DNA of 64,000 nucleotides from an uncultured Actinomycetota bacterium (GTDB taxonomy: Bacteria; Actinomycetota; Acidimicrobiia; Spongiisociales; UBA5794), in NCBI GenBank assembly GCA_963836085.1, contig CAWIHT010000014.1, positions 148,530 through 212,529 of the forward strand, written 5' to 3'. Position numbers and translations under genes: made by a program. The first letter of the stretch is position 1; each line of letters starts with the position of its first letter. Of this stretch, positions 28,525 to 37,729 are shown one piece after another. The notes below the pieces were generated by a model. It saw nothing but the letters and a program-made list of their open reading frames with translations. It did no database searches and was not told where the DNA came from.

Positions 28525-29964
28525 CTAGGTCGCCGATTCGACGTCCGAAGGCGCGAATCTGGCCGCAAGCCAGGTAGTGAGCGGAACCGCCGCGACGAGG
28601 CCGATGCTCCCCACGAGAGTGCGCACGATCTCGACCGCGACGACCTCGCTGTTGGCGATCGTTCCGAGCGACTGACGGGCGAGGACGAAGAGCACCAGGA
28701 GCGGTAGCGACGCCCCCGCATAGGCCAGCAGTAGCGTGTTGACGATCGAAGCGATGTGATCGCGACCCACCCGCAATGCGCGGCGGAACAAGCCGGCACT
28801 CCCCAGCGAGGGATCGGTTGCCTTCAACTCCCATACCGTCGCGGCCTGGGTGATGGTCACGTCGTCGAGGGCACCAGCCGCTCCGAGGACGATCCCGGCG
28901 AGGAGCAATCCGGTGACGTCGATACCCTCGAAGAACGTCAGCAGCGATGTCTCCTCCGTGACGAATCCCGTGAACCGCGCCAGATCGACGACGATGGCGG
29001 AGAGTACGGCGGTCAGAACGAGCGCCGCGGTCATACCGGCCAGGGCGATCGTGGTCATCCGCCCGAATCCGTGGGCGAGATACATCGTGACAAACGCGAT
29101 GGCCGCCGAACCGACCACTGCAACCAGCACCGGACTTCGCCCATCGAGGATTGCCGGCAACACGAACGCCAGCAGGATGAGGACGCTCACTACGAGACCA
29201 ACCAGGGCGGTGGCACCACGCCAGCCTCCGAGGACGACGACGACGAGGGCGAACACGATGGCGACGGCCGCCAGCACGAGGCGGCGGTCGAAGTCGGCGA
29301 ACTGGTAGATCGACTGCGGGTCAACGAGCCGAACCGAAAGAACCTGCAGTTCGTCCTGGTCGTAGACGTAGTCGACCAGCACCGCATCCCCAACGGCGAC
29401 CGAGGCAGCGTCCTCGCCCCGGTACGCCTCGAACACTGCTGGTTGCTCGTTCCCGTCATCGTCGACGAGGAGCGAGATCGCGACACATTCGGTCTCTGGG
29501 TCGAACGAGCACGGTGCAGTGGCGACGGCGGTGACGGTCGCCGTGGGGGCGACGCGGGACAGCACCACCCGGTCACCCTCCGAGAACACCGGCGTTGTTG
29601 CTCCGGGGAGGAACTCTTGCGTGAACACGAAGCCATCCTCCGGACCGTCAGTGAGTTCGAATCTGACCACCGTGCAGGTTTGGGTCTCGATACCCGAACA
29701 AGGTGCCTCCGAGACACGCTGCACCGTTGCGTGGTGAAAGTCGGTCGGGACACCGATCGCCGCGAGGTCATCGGCTTGCTCCTGCGACGCCCCGGTCGGT
29801 CGCAGCAGGATCATCCCGAGGACGATGACGACGCCGAGAGCGACCCCGAATACGACGAATGGGTCGACCCGTCGGCGGTCGGTGGGGTCCGGCGAGTCGC
29901 TCTCATCGACATACGCTTGCCACTCGTCGGCCCGGTCAGAATCGAACAGTCCGTCTTCCGCCAT
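28525..29964 (-). CDS. YibE/F family polytopic membrane protein
   Basis: N-terminal TM, ~200-aa soluble region, then many TMs typical of YibE/F. Confidence 0.55.
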   Translation of the reverse strand: MAEDGLFDSDRADEWQAYVDESDSPDPTDRRRVDPFVVFGVALGVVIVLGMILLRPTGASQEQADDLAAIGVPTDFHHATVQRVSEAPCSGIETQTCTVVRFELTDGPEDGFVFTQEFLPGATTPVFSEGDRVVLSRVAPTATVTAVATAPCSFDPETECVAISLLVDDDGNEQPAVFEAYRGEDAASVAVGDAVLVDYVYDQDELQVLSVRLVDPQSIYQFADFDRRLVLAAVAIVFALVVVVLGGWRGATALVGLVVSVLILLAFVLPAILDGRSPVLVAVVGSAAIAFVTMYLAHGFGRMTTIALAGMTAALVLTAVLSAIVVDLARFTGFVTEETSLLTFFEGIDVTGLLLAGIVLGAAGALDDVTITQAATVWELKATDPSLGSAGLFRRALRVGRDHIASIVNTLLLAYAGASLPLLVLFVLARQSLGTIANSEVVAVEIVRTLVGSIGLVAAVPLTTWLAARFAPSDVESAT

Positions 29965-30020
29965 GCTGCAAGTATCGCACCCTCGACCGGTGGCTCGGTT
30001 CCCACCCCTATCGTTGTTCG

Positions 30021-30737
30021 ATGTCGATCGTCGGTCTCATCATCGCTCTGCTCGTGACGTTCTTCGCTGCGGCGATACAGGGTGTCGTGGGCGTCGGCTT
30101 CGCAATGGTGTCGGTTCCGATCCTTGCCCTCATCGACCCGGCGCTCGCCCCGGTCCCGCAGTTGTTGGTCACGATACCGCTGACCATCTCGATGGCATGG
30201 CGCGAGCGAACCCACATCCAGTTCTCGAACGTGACGTGGATCGTGGCAGGCCGCGTTCCCGGGGTACTCATCGGTGTCGGCATGCTCGCCGTCGCCACAC
30301 AACGTTCGCTCGACCTCGCGATCGCCGCAATGGTGTTGCTCGCCGTCGCGATCATCGCTTCCGGCTACAGCGTTCGCCGCACGAGATCCACCGAGTTCGG
30401 CGCCGGCGCCCTCTCCGGTATCTTGAGCTTCGTCGCCTCGATCGGTGGACCTCCGCTCGCGCTCCTGTACTCGCGGGACGATGGCCCGACGCGCCGCTCC
30501 AACCTGGCGGTGGTGTTCACGATCGGGCTCACCGTCACCCTGGTTGCCAGGATCGCATCCGGGAACATGACATGGGACGACGTTGTCGTCGCGTTGATTC
30601 TCTTCCCGGCGCTCGCCGTCGGATACGCGGCAAGCCTCCGATTCAAGAGTCTGGTTCCCCAGAAGCTCGCCAAGGCGACGATTCTGGTCCTCTCAACCGC
30701 AGGCGCCGTCGGGTTGATCATGCGAGCGATCGCGTAG
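30021..30737 (+). CDS. TauE/SafE (DUF81) family anion exporter
   Basis: Start MSIVGLIIALL inside track ORF 29859. 7-8 TM protein with TauE-like repeats. Confidence 0.7.
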   Translation: MSIVGLIIALLVTFFAAAIQGVVGVGFAMVSVPILALIDPALAPVPQLLVTIPLTISMAWRERTHIQFSNVTWIVAGRVPGVLIGVGMLAVATQRSLDLAIAAMVLLAVAIIASGYSVRRTRSTEFGAGALSGILSFVASIGGPPLALLYSRDDGPTRRSNLAVVFTIGLTVTLVARIASGNMTWDDVVVALILFPALAVGYAASLRFKSLVPQKLAKATILVLSTAGAVGLIMRAIA

Positions 30738-30742
30738 CCCGG

Positions 30743-31264
30743 TCAAACCTCTTCCGCCCACATCGAATCCCACATCTCCCCGACTGATTCGAAGAGCCCA
30801 GCGAGCGCCCACACCAGGAGCCAGGCGAGGATGAGCAGGATGACCACCGTGAGCGCGGCGCGGAGGTATCCAAGCCAAGGATTGCCGGAGTCGTACAACG
30901 TCGAGATCCAGCCCTTCACACCCGTCGGCTCGGGTTCTGTCACCGGAACGGCACCGGTGACACGACTGGTGCCCATCTGGGTCGGCTGCGACGGGTCCTG
31001 CGTCGCGGCCCGGGGAGAATCGACGGGTGGCGGCGTCGCCGGCGGGAGGGGCTCTGCGCCGATCAACGCGAGGTCCGCCTCGTCGAGGCTCAGCACCGTC
31101 GCCAACTGGCCGATGACCCCCATCGCGGGCACCCCTTCGTCCCGCTCCCATCGCCGCACGGATGCCGTGGACCGTTCGACCGCCGTCGCGAGCTGTCCCA
31201 TCGACATCCCCCTCGCAAGGCGTGCCTGCCGGACGACTTGTCCGAAGGTTCTGGGATCGCTCAT
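30743..31264 (-). CDS. HTH (XRE-type) domain protein with C-terminal transmembrane segment (RodZ/anti-sigma-like architecture)
   Basis: VRQARLARGMSMGQLATAVERSTASVRRWER is an HTH. Pro-rich linker, then TM LTVVILLILAWLLVWALAGLF. Confidence 0.6.
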   Translation of the reverse strand: MSDPRTFGQVVRQARLARGMSMGQLATAVERSTASVRRWERDEGVPAMGVIGQLATVLSLDEADLALIGAEPLPPATPPPVDSPRAATQDPSQPTQMGTSRVTGAVPVTEPEPTGVKGWISTLYDSGNPWLGYLRAALTVVILLILAWLLVWALAGLFESVGEMWDSMWAEEV

Positions 31265-31353
31265 GGGGCCAGGATATCCGCACCGGGAAGTTCCCACGGC
31301 GTATGTGCAGCGATGGCTCACTATCGTCGGGGCGAGCGAGCGTGGAGGCACAC

Positions 31354-33138
31354 GTGGGAACGGACTTCCGGAATCTGGTCGAACTGTACGAGTCCAGCGT
31401 TGGACGGTTCACCGACAATCAACTGTTCGGAACGCGTCACACCGAGGGGTGGCGGTGGATCACGTACGGAGAGTTTGGCAAACAGGTCGATCACGCCCGC
31501 GGTGGACTCGCCGGACTCGGCATCAAGGCGGGCGACCGCGTCGCGGTGATCTCGGACAATCGGGTCGAATGGGCGATCGGGGCGTACGCGACCTACGGCT
31601 TGGGCGCGGCATGGGTGCCGATGTATGAGGCACAACTCGCCAAGGAATGGAAGTTCATCCTCGGAAACTCCGGTGCCAAGATCGCCATCGTCGGCGACGA
31701 CGGAATCAGGGCCCAACTCGACGATCTCCGCGATGATCTTCCCGAACTCGGTCAGATCGTCGTGATTCGCGGAGAGGCGGGTGGAGATTCGATCAGTTGG
31801 GCCGAGATGCAGGCGCGCGGAGCAGATAGCCCGGTTGACACCGTTGATCCGGCTTCCGAAGATCTCGCCTGCCTCATCTACACGTCGGGGACTACGGGTC
31901 AGCCGAAAGGCGTGATGCTCTCCCACGGCAATATCACCAGCAACGTCAACGTGTTCCCCGACATGTTCGACATCGGCCCCGACGACCGGACGGCCTCATT
32001 CCTCCCGTGGGCACACTCGTTCGGCCAGACAATCGACCTGCACTTCATGATCGGGGCGGGCGCCTCTGCCGGTCTCACCAGTGCCCAGACACTGATGGAC
32101 GATCTGGCGGATCTCAAGCCGACGATCCTCGTGTCGGTGCCTGCGGTCTACAACCGGTTGTACGACGCCCTGCAGAAGATGATGGCCGCCAAGGGCGGGG
32201 TCACGAAGAAGCTCTTCGATCGGGCGCTCGCCAATGAACAGAAACGGACCAGCCTGGCGGCCGAGGGCAAAACCACCCGGTGGGTGGAGATGCAGCACGA
32301 TATGTACGACAAGCTGGTCTTCTCCAAGGTCCGCAACGGATTCGGCGGACGGCTGAGATACTCGATCTCCGGCGGTGCGGCGATCTCCATCGAGGTCGCA
32401 GAGTTCATCTCGGCGCTCGGCATGACCGTCTACGAAGGCTACGGACTCACCGAAACCTCTCCGGTCGCAGCGGCGAACACGCCGTCGTACCGGAAGGTCG
32501 GATCCATCGGCAAGGAGATCCCCGGCGTCACGATCGACATTGACCGCGAGATGACCGGCGATCCGGAGATCGGCGAACTGATTATCCACGGCCCGAATGT
32601 GATGCTCGGCTATTACAACCTGCCGGAGGAGAACGAGAAGGCGCTCACCGCCGACCATGGCTTCCGCACCGGGGACCTGGGCTATCGCGACGACGATGGG
32701 TACTTGTTCATCCGGGGACGCATCAAGGAGCAGTACAAACTCGAGAACGGCAAGTATGTGGTGCCGTCACCCATCGAGGAGCAACTCCGACTGTCCGGGT
32801 ATGTCACGAACATCATGGTCTACGGCGAGCAGCGACCGTACAACGTGGCGGTCATCGTCCCGGACATGGATGCGCTCACGAAGTGGGCGGCCGACCACGG
32901 TCTCGGCGATCTCTCCAGCGAGGCGCTACTCGAAAGCGACACCGTCGCCGACCTGTACCAGCGCGAGATCGACCGTCTGTCCGGTTCGATCAAGGGATAC
33001 GAGCAGGTTCGCGGGTTCGTGCTCGAGGACGAGGAGTTCACCCCCGAAAACGGGATGCTCACCCCGAGCCTGAAGGTGAAACGCAAAGCCGTCCTCGACC
33101 GCTACGGCGACGACCTAGACAAGCTCTACGAGAAGTAG
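31354..33138 (+). CDS. fadD: Long-chain fatty-acid--CoA ligase (AMP-dependent synthetase)
   Basis: GTG start after GGAGG. AMP-binding motifs IYTSGTTGQPKGV, YGLTE, TGD, GRIKE. Confidence 0.85.
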   Translation: MGTDFRNLVELYESSVGRFTDNQLFGTRHTEGWRWITYGEFGKQVDHARGGLAGLGIKAGDRVAVISDNRVEWAIGAYATYGLGAAWVPMYEAQLAKEWKFILGNSGAKIAIVGDDGIRAQLDDLRDDLPELGQIVVIRGEAGGDSISWAEMQARGADSPVDTVDPASEDLACLIYTSGTTGQPKGVMLSHGNITSNVNVFPDMFDIGPDDRTASFLPWAHSFGQTIDLHFMIGAGASAGLTSAQTLMDDLADLKPTILVSVPAVYNRLYDALQKMMAAKGGVTKKLFDRALANEQKRTSLAAEGKTTRWVEMQHDMYDKLVFSKVRNGFGGRLRYSISGGAAISIEVAEFISALGMTVYEGYGLTETSPVAAANTPSYRKVGSIGKEIPGVTIDIDREMTGDPEIGELIIHGPNVMLGYYNLPEENEKALTADHGFRTGDLGYRDDDGYLFIRGRIKEQYKLENGKYVVPSPIEEQLRLSGYVTNIMVYGEQRPYNVAVIVPDMDALTKWAADHGLGDLSSEALLESDTVADLYQREIDRLSGSIKGYEQVRGFVLEDEEFTPENGMLTPSLKVKRKAVLDRYGDDLDKLYEK

Positions 33139-33156
33139 CGGAGAGTCGCCGATCTT

Positions 33157-33183
33157 CGCCTCTCCCACGGAGTGGGGGAGGCG
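33157..33183. terminator. 10-bp hairpin right after the fadD stop
   Basis: cgcctctccc-acggagt-gggggaggcg (one G.U) lies 19 nt after TAG. Confidence 0.4.
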
Positions 33184-33265
33184 CGAGCACCGGCCGCTAG
33201 GCCGGAGCGCAGCGGAGGGGGCTCTGGGAGCCCGGATCTGAAGATGAGTTCTGCCGCGCCTTCTT

Positions 33266-33296
33266 GACTGGCGACCGGTGACTGGCGACTGGCGAC
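33266..33296. repeat. Imperfect tandem repeat (GACTGGCGA-like x3) just downstream of the ppk2 stop
   Basis: gactggcgaccggtgactggcgactggcgac. Confidence 0.4.
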
Positions 33297-34076
33297 TCAG
33301 AGCTCTTCGACCGGCTCCATGCCGTGTCTGCGCATTCCTGCCTCCACCACCGCGATCGCGGTCTCGAGGACCTCGACCCGGGCGAGCTTCTTCGACTCGC
33401 CGGGGATCACGAACCACGGCGCCTGATCCCAGGACGTCCGGGCGAGCATCTCTTCGACGGCGACCTCGTATTGGGCCCGCTTCTCCCGGTTCCGCCAGTC
33501 CTCGTCGGTCAGCTTCCACTGCTTGAGTGGGCTGTGGCGGCGGGCCTCAAACCGTTCCAACTGCTCCTCAGGCGAAACGTGCATCCAGAACTTCGCGAAC
33601 ACCATGCCCTCGGCGACGAGGGTCCGCTCGAAGTCGATGATCTCGGTGTAAGCCCGCCGCCACTGTTCCACGTCGGCGAATCCCTCGACACGCTCCACGA
33701 GGACGCGCCCGTACCAGGATCGATCGAGGACGACCACGTCCCCCCATCCGGGCAGGTGGGGCCAGAAGCGTTGAAGCCAGTGGTGCCGGAGCTCATCCGC
33801 AGACGGGGCGGCGATCGAGATGACGTTGACGTGTCGTGGGTCCATTGGTGAGACGAGCCGGCGAATCGCACCGCCCTTCCCGGAGGCGTCCCAGCCCTCG
33901 AAGACGAAACACACCGGTGGTCCGAGTTCACTGCCGCCGAGTTTGCCGCCGAGTTGGAGACGCAGTTGCAGCATGCGGGTCTGTGCTGCCGTGAGGCGTT
34001 CCTTCGCTTCCCGCTTCGAGAGTCGTCGAGAGAGATCGGCGTCTCGGAGCGAAGGGATGATCGGTCGGTCACTCAT
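33297..34076 (-). CDS. ppk2: Polyphosphate kinase 2 (PPK2) family protein
   Basis: Walker-like EGWDASGKGG and PPK2 core (WMHVS, lid region). Start MSDRPII is internal to track ORF 34187. Confidence 0.85.
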   Translation of the reverse strand: MSDRPIIPSLRDADLSRRLSKREAKERLTAAQTRMLQLRLQLGGKLGGSELGPPVCFVFEGWDASGKGGAIRRLVSPMDPRHVNVISIAAPSADELRHHWLQRFWPHLPGWGDVVVLDRSWYGRVLVERVEGFADVEQWRRAYTEIIDFERTLVAEGMVFAKFWMHVSPEEQLERFEARRHSPLKQWKLTDEDWRNREKRAQYEVAVEEMLARTSWDQAPWFVIPGESKKLARVEVLETAIAVVEAGMRRHGMEPVEEL

Positions 34077-34110
34077 CTGAGCGATCGTAGTGCGCGGACC
34101 CAGGGTGGTC

Positions 34111-34323
34111 CTAGCGCGGATCTCCGTACGGTCGCGATGCGATGACGAGGCGGATGGATCCACCCGTGACCATTGCGATGAGGCCAACCGATGCCGCCAG
34201 CTTGAGCCAGATCGCTCCGCCCGATCGCCACGTCAGCACCATGAACGCAAGACACATCACGCACAGGAAAGCGATCGCAAGGACAAGAACCACCCAGGTC
34301 GTCAGAGAACGTGGAGCGTCCAT
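34111..34323 (-). CDS. Small hypothetical two-TM protein
   Basis: 70-aa hydrophobic ORF. No family. Confidence 0.3.
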   Translation of the reverse strand: MDAPRSLTTWVVLVLAIAFLCVMCLAFMVLTWRSGGAIWLKLAASVGLIAMVTGGSIRLVIASRPYGDPR

Positions 34324-34354
34324 GGGTTGAGTCTACGCGCAAGGTCCGGTGGTA

Positions 34355-35092
34355 CTAGGGCAGCCAGGGATCAACCCGAATCGGGACACCGAGGCTCTTC
34401 GCCGCATCGTCGATCGAGATCCAGGTTTCGTCGGCGCACGATTCGCAGGAGGTCCACAGCTCGTAGGTGTGTCTCCCCATCGCACGACCGCTGACGAATC
34501 CGCGAACGCCCCGGCGAGCGCAGTGCATGCAGTAGTTGCGTACCGACACACCGAGCAGTTCCGCCCGCGCGACGCGGCGGCACCGCTCTTCGCTCACGCT
34601 CGGGGGCTGCCACGCAACGGCACACAAGACTGCCACGGGGAGGATCGTTGCATAGATCCCGCATGAGAGGTCCCTGTCGAGCTTCGCTCGCGAGTCCCAG
34701 ACGCGCAGGCCGCATTTGCAGTGCTGGAGGTGACCGGGTTCGAACGGGTCACCGCCCATGTGGCAGAACGCAGCGTCAGTGACCGACCAGAGATCAGCGG
34801 CGTAGTCGGAGTACAACGCAGCGGTGTGGACCCGACCATCGGTGGCGAGCCTCGCGCGCTTCCATCCGCGAGGACTCCCCGTGGGAATCGCATCCGGGTT
34901 TCCGTCGGGCCATGGAGGCGGTGCGCCGCCACGTCGAGGCGTAGGAGGCGACGTCACGCAAATCCGCCCATAGCGGACACGAACGCGTCTCGTCGGTACC
35001 TGACCTGGCCTCGTTGCATCGGTGCAGCGTATGTCATGTGACCACCGTTCCGCCAGGGACGAACGACCCGACACTCGCGCGGGCTTCGGCAT
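34355..35092 (-). CDS. Hypothetical Cys-rich (probable zinc-binding) protein; real start may be internal (~34759)
   Basis: C-terminal half has HCKCG...C...NYCMHCARRG...SCESCADETW. N-terminal 110 aa are low complexity. Confidence 0.35.
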   Translation of the reverse strand: MPKPARVSGRSSLAERWSHDIRCTDATRPGQVPTRRVRVRYGRICVTSPPTPRRGGAPPPWPDGNPDAIPTGSPRGWKRARLATDGRVHTAALYSDYAADLWSVTDAAFCHMGGDPFEPGHLQHCKCGLRVWDSRAKLDRDLSCGIYATILPVAVLCAVAWQPPSVSEERCRRVARAELLGVSVRNYCMHCARRGVRGFVSGRAMGRHTYELWTSCESCADETWISIDDAAKSLGVPIRVDPWLP

Positions 35093-35117
35093 CCGCCGCG
35101 GAGCGCGGGCGAGTCTT

Positions 35118-35212
35118 TGGCGGAGGCGGACGGGAATCGAACCCGCCAGGGCACTCTCGCACCCTCATCGGTTTTGAAGACCGAGGGACCCACCAGGCGT
35201 CCGGACGCCTCC
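35118..35212 (-). tRNA. selC: tRNA-Sec (selenocysteine tRNA), anticodon UCA, 95 nt including CCA
   Basis: Reverse complement GGAGGCGTCCGGACGCCTGGTGGGTCCCTCGGTCTTCAAAACCGATGAGGGTGCGAGAGTGCCCTGGCGGGTTCGATTCCCGTCCGCCTCCGCCA. Anticodon loop is CUUCAAA with U33 and A37. Long variable arm GGGTGC-GAGA-GTGCCC. T-loop TTCGATT. Acceptor plus T stem is 13 bp. Terminal CCA encoded. Confidence 0.8.
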
Positions 35213-35247
35213 AGGGAGAAACCTACCGGACCCAACGACGCTTGCGA

Positions 35248-35760
35248 TCACCCACCGTCGGAATCGAGCCGTATCTCGAGGATGGCCGTCGTCCAGTACG
35301 CGCCGAGCTTATATCCGACTTCGTCGAGGGTGCCGACCAGCCGGTATCCCAACGACTCGTGGAGACCGATCGAAGCGTCATTCGGAAGTGTCACGACGGC
35401 ATAGGCGCGGTGGATGCCCTCTGACCGGACAGCGTCGAGCACGGTGGAGAGAAGTCGGCGCCCGATGCCGGCCGCCCGGTAGTCGGGGTCAATCACGACC
35501 GTCGTCTCCACCGAGGTCTGGTACGCCGCCTTGTCGCGGAACTCACTGCTGTAGGCCGTCCCGACGACATGCCCATCGACCTCGGCGACGAACACCCGGT
35601 ACGGGCCGGTATCGCTGTAGTGCGTCCACCACTCGTGCCGACGCTCCATATCCCAGGGTTCGAGGTCGAACGAGATGGCGGAACCAACGACGGTGTGCTC
35701 GTAGATCACGTTGATGCGGACAAGGTCGCTCGCGCGCGCCCGGCGAATGTCGACGTTCAT
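35248..35760 (-). CDS. GNAT family N-acetyltransferase (phosphinothricin acetyltransferase-like)
   Basis: GNAT motif A region VDPDYRAAGIGRRLL. Confidence 0.8.
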   Translation of the reverse strand: MNVDIRRARASDLVRINVIYEHTVVGSAISFDLEPWDMERRHEWWTHYSDTGPYRVFVAEVDGHVVGTAYSSEFRDKAAYQTSVETTVVIDPDYRAAGIGRRLLSTVLDAVRSEGIHRAYAVVTLPNDASIGLHESLGYRLVGTLDEVGYKLGAYWTTAILEIRLDSDGG

Positions 35761-35811
35761 GCTCCGATCGTAGTGAAGGTCCGGGTGCACGCCTCCCGGC
35801 CGTGCGCACGA

Positions 35812-36237
35812 CTATGTCTCGCCGTTGGCCAAGCACGAGGAGCAGAGTCCGCGATAGACAATGTGGGTGTTCTCGATGCGGCCGGCGTCGGTATCGAGCG
35901 AGAGACCGTCCGCGGAGAACGTACGTGGTACGTCCTGGATCGCGCCGCAGGCACGGCAGACGAAGTGGTCGTGACGCTCGTCTGCCCGTTCATAGCGAGC
36001 GGCGCCGGGTCCGGCAGACGCCACGGTCACCAAGCCCGATAGGGCGAAGTCATCGAGAACGTTGAACACCGACGCCCGGGCGACCGAGGCGCCGCGATCC
36101 CGGAGGCGTCGCACAATGTCATCGGCGGTCGGATGACCGTCGAGTTCGGCGAGCGTCTCGAGAACCGCGATACGAGCCTGCGTCGCTCTCAGACCCGCGT
36201 CCCTGATCTGGTCGGCTGCTTCGGACGGATGGTTCAC
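35812..36237 (-). CDS. fur: Fur family transcriptional regulator
   Basis: GLRATQARIAVLE HTH and C-terminal HxxCxxC / CSSC metal site. GTG start overlaps the dps stop by 4 nt. Confidence 0.8.
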   Translation of the reverse strand: MNHPSEAADQIRDAGLRATQARIAVLETLAELDGHPTADDIVRRLRDRGASVARASVFNVLDDFALSGLVTVASAGPGAARYERADERHDHFVCRACGAIQDVPRTFSADGLSLDTDAGRIENTHIVYRGLCSSCLANGET

Positions 36238-36698
36238 CGCAGGTGGGCGCGCAACATCCAGAGTTCTTCTTCGAGCCCTTCGATGATGGTTTGGAGGAGT
36301 CCGTCGGAGATCACGTCGAGATCCTCGACGATGGCTTGCTGCGCGCGGGCACGACGGGCAGTCGCTTCGACACGTTCGGCGACAGCACGGATTGCGTCTC
36401 CGTCTTGGAGCCACTCGAGCGGGAACGGGCCCATGTCGCCCTCTTCCACTACGTCCTCTGCACGGCCTCGCGGCAGAGCGCCGAGGGTGACGATGCGCTC
36501 TGCGACACTGTCGCTCCAGAGACGCCATTGGTCCACGAGCACGTCGAGGCGTTCATGTGCGGACTGGAACCGTTCACCGACGACGGTCCAGTGGGCCTGC
36601 TTGCCAATCAGGTGAAGGTCGATGAGATCAACCAGGGTCGGTTGGAGCGCTTCGGCGGTCTTCGATGCGGCATCTCCGGGAAGGACGGTCCAAGTCAT
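36234..36698 (-). CDS. dps: Dps family ferritin-like DNA-protection protein
   Basis: Dps ferroxidase-site motifs (HW..G..F...H..LDE...D..AERI). Confidence 0.8.
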   Translation of the reverse strand: MTWTVLPGDAASKTAEALQPTLVDLIDLHLIGKQAHWTVVGERFQSAHERLDVLVDQWRLWSDSVAERIVTLGALPRGRAEDVVEEGDMGPFPLEWLQDGDAIRAVAERVEATARRARAQQAIVEDLDVISDGLLQTIIEGLEEELWMLRAHLR

Positions 36699-36812
36699 TG
36701 TGATCCTCCACAATTCGCTCTTTTGACAGTGTCCAGCCTAGCTCCTGCCATCGCAGCCGGAATCGGCCCGGAACCTATGCGAGGACGGGGCCCCCGGGCT
36801 AGCGTTCGGGCT

Positions 36813-37244
36813 ATGGCACGATCATTTCAAGTTACGTTCGATGCCCTGGACACACGGGCCCTGGCTGCGTTCTGGGGCGAGGCCCTCGGCTACGTGCTCC
36901 AGCCGCCACCGGAGGGATTCGACTCCTGGGAGGCGTTTGCCGATGCGGTCGGGATACCCGAGGAGAATCGGGATCAGCTCGCGGCGGTCATCGATCCGGA
37001 CGGAGACGGCCCTCGCGTCCTCATCCAGAAGGTCCCTGAAGCGAAGACCGTGAAGAACCGATGCCACCTCGATGTGGTCGTCACCGACCGGTCGATGGAG
37101 CAGCCGGAACGGAAGGCAGCGATCGACGCCGAAGCCGAGCGACTCGTCGCGCTCGGGGCGACGCGAGGTGAGAGCTTCGAAGAGGCCATCGGCACGTGGA
37201 CGGTGATGCAGGACCCCGAAGGCAACGAGTTCTGCCTCCACTAG
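36813..37244 (+). CDS. VOC (glyoxalase/bleomycin-resistance) family protein
   Basis: 143-aa protein with a VOC fold signature. Confidence 0.65.
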   Translation: MARSFQVTFDALDTRALAAFWGEALGYVLQPPPEGFDSWEAFADAVGIPEENRDQLAAVIDPDGDGPRVLIQKVPEAKTVKNRCHLDVVVTDRSMEQPERKAAIDAEAERLVALGATRGESFEEAIGTWTVMQDPEGNEFCLH

Positions 37245-37675
37245 CCGGTGATGTAGCGCTCAAGGTCGGCGATCAGGTCGCGCTGCTGGGCCATCATCGC
37301 CTTCACGATGTCCCCGATCGAGACGATGCCGACCAACCGGCCTTCGTCGTCCACCACCGGGAGATGTCGAATGCGGCGATCGGTCATCAGTTCCATGCAC
37401 TCTGCAACCGACGCCGTCGGAACCACGGTGACAACGGGCGTGGTCATGATGTTCGCGACCGGCGTGTCGCCGGATCCGAGCGCCGCCAGTTTGATCTTCC
37501 TGGCGTAGTCCCGCTCGCTGAGGATTCCGCTCAGATCATCGCCGTCGAGGACGAGGACCGCCCCGATGTTGTGCTGCGCCATCGTCTCGAGCGCTGACAG
37601 GACCGTATCGCCGGGAGCGACCGACCAGACACCGGCACCCTTCTCATCGAGAATCCCTGCGACCTTCCGCTGCAT
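37241..37675 (-). CDS. CBS-pair domain protein
   Basis: Two CBS motifs (IGAVLVLDGDDLSGILSERD; HLPVVDDEGRLVGIVSIGDIV). Confidence 0.75.
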   Translation of the reverse strand: MQRKVAGILDEKGAGVWSVAPGDTVLSALETMAQHNIGAVLVLDGDDLSGILSERDYARKIKLAALGSGDTPVANIMTTPVVTVVPTASVAECMELMTDRRIRHLPVVDDEGRLVGIVSIGDIVKAMMAQQRDLIADLERYITG

Positions 37676-37729
37676 ATCGACCCCTTCCCTCCAGAACGAA
37701 CCTAGTCGCGGGCCACGACTCGCGTAGGA

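Noticed and set aside
35117-35404. 95-aa plus-strand ORF overlapping the tRNA-Sec region
   Set aside because: It is antisense to a well-formed tRNA and to the GNAT gene and has no family resemblance.
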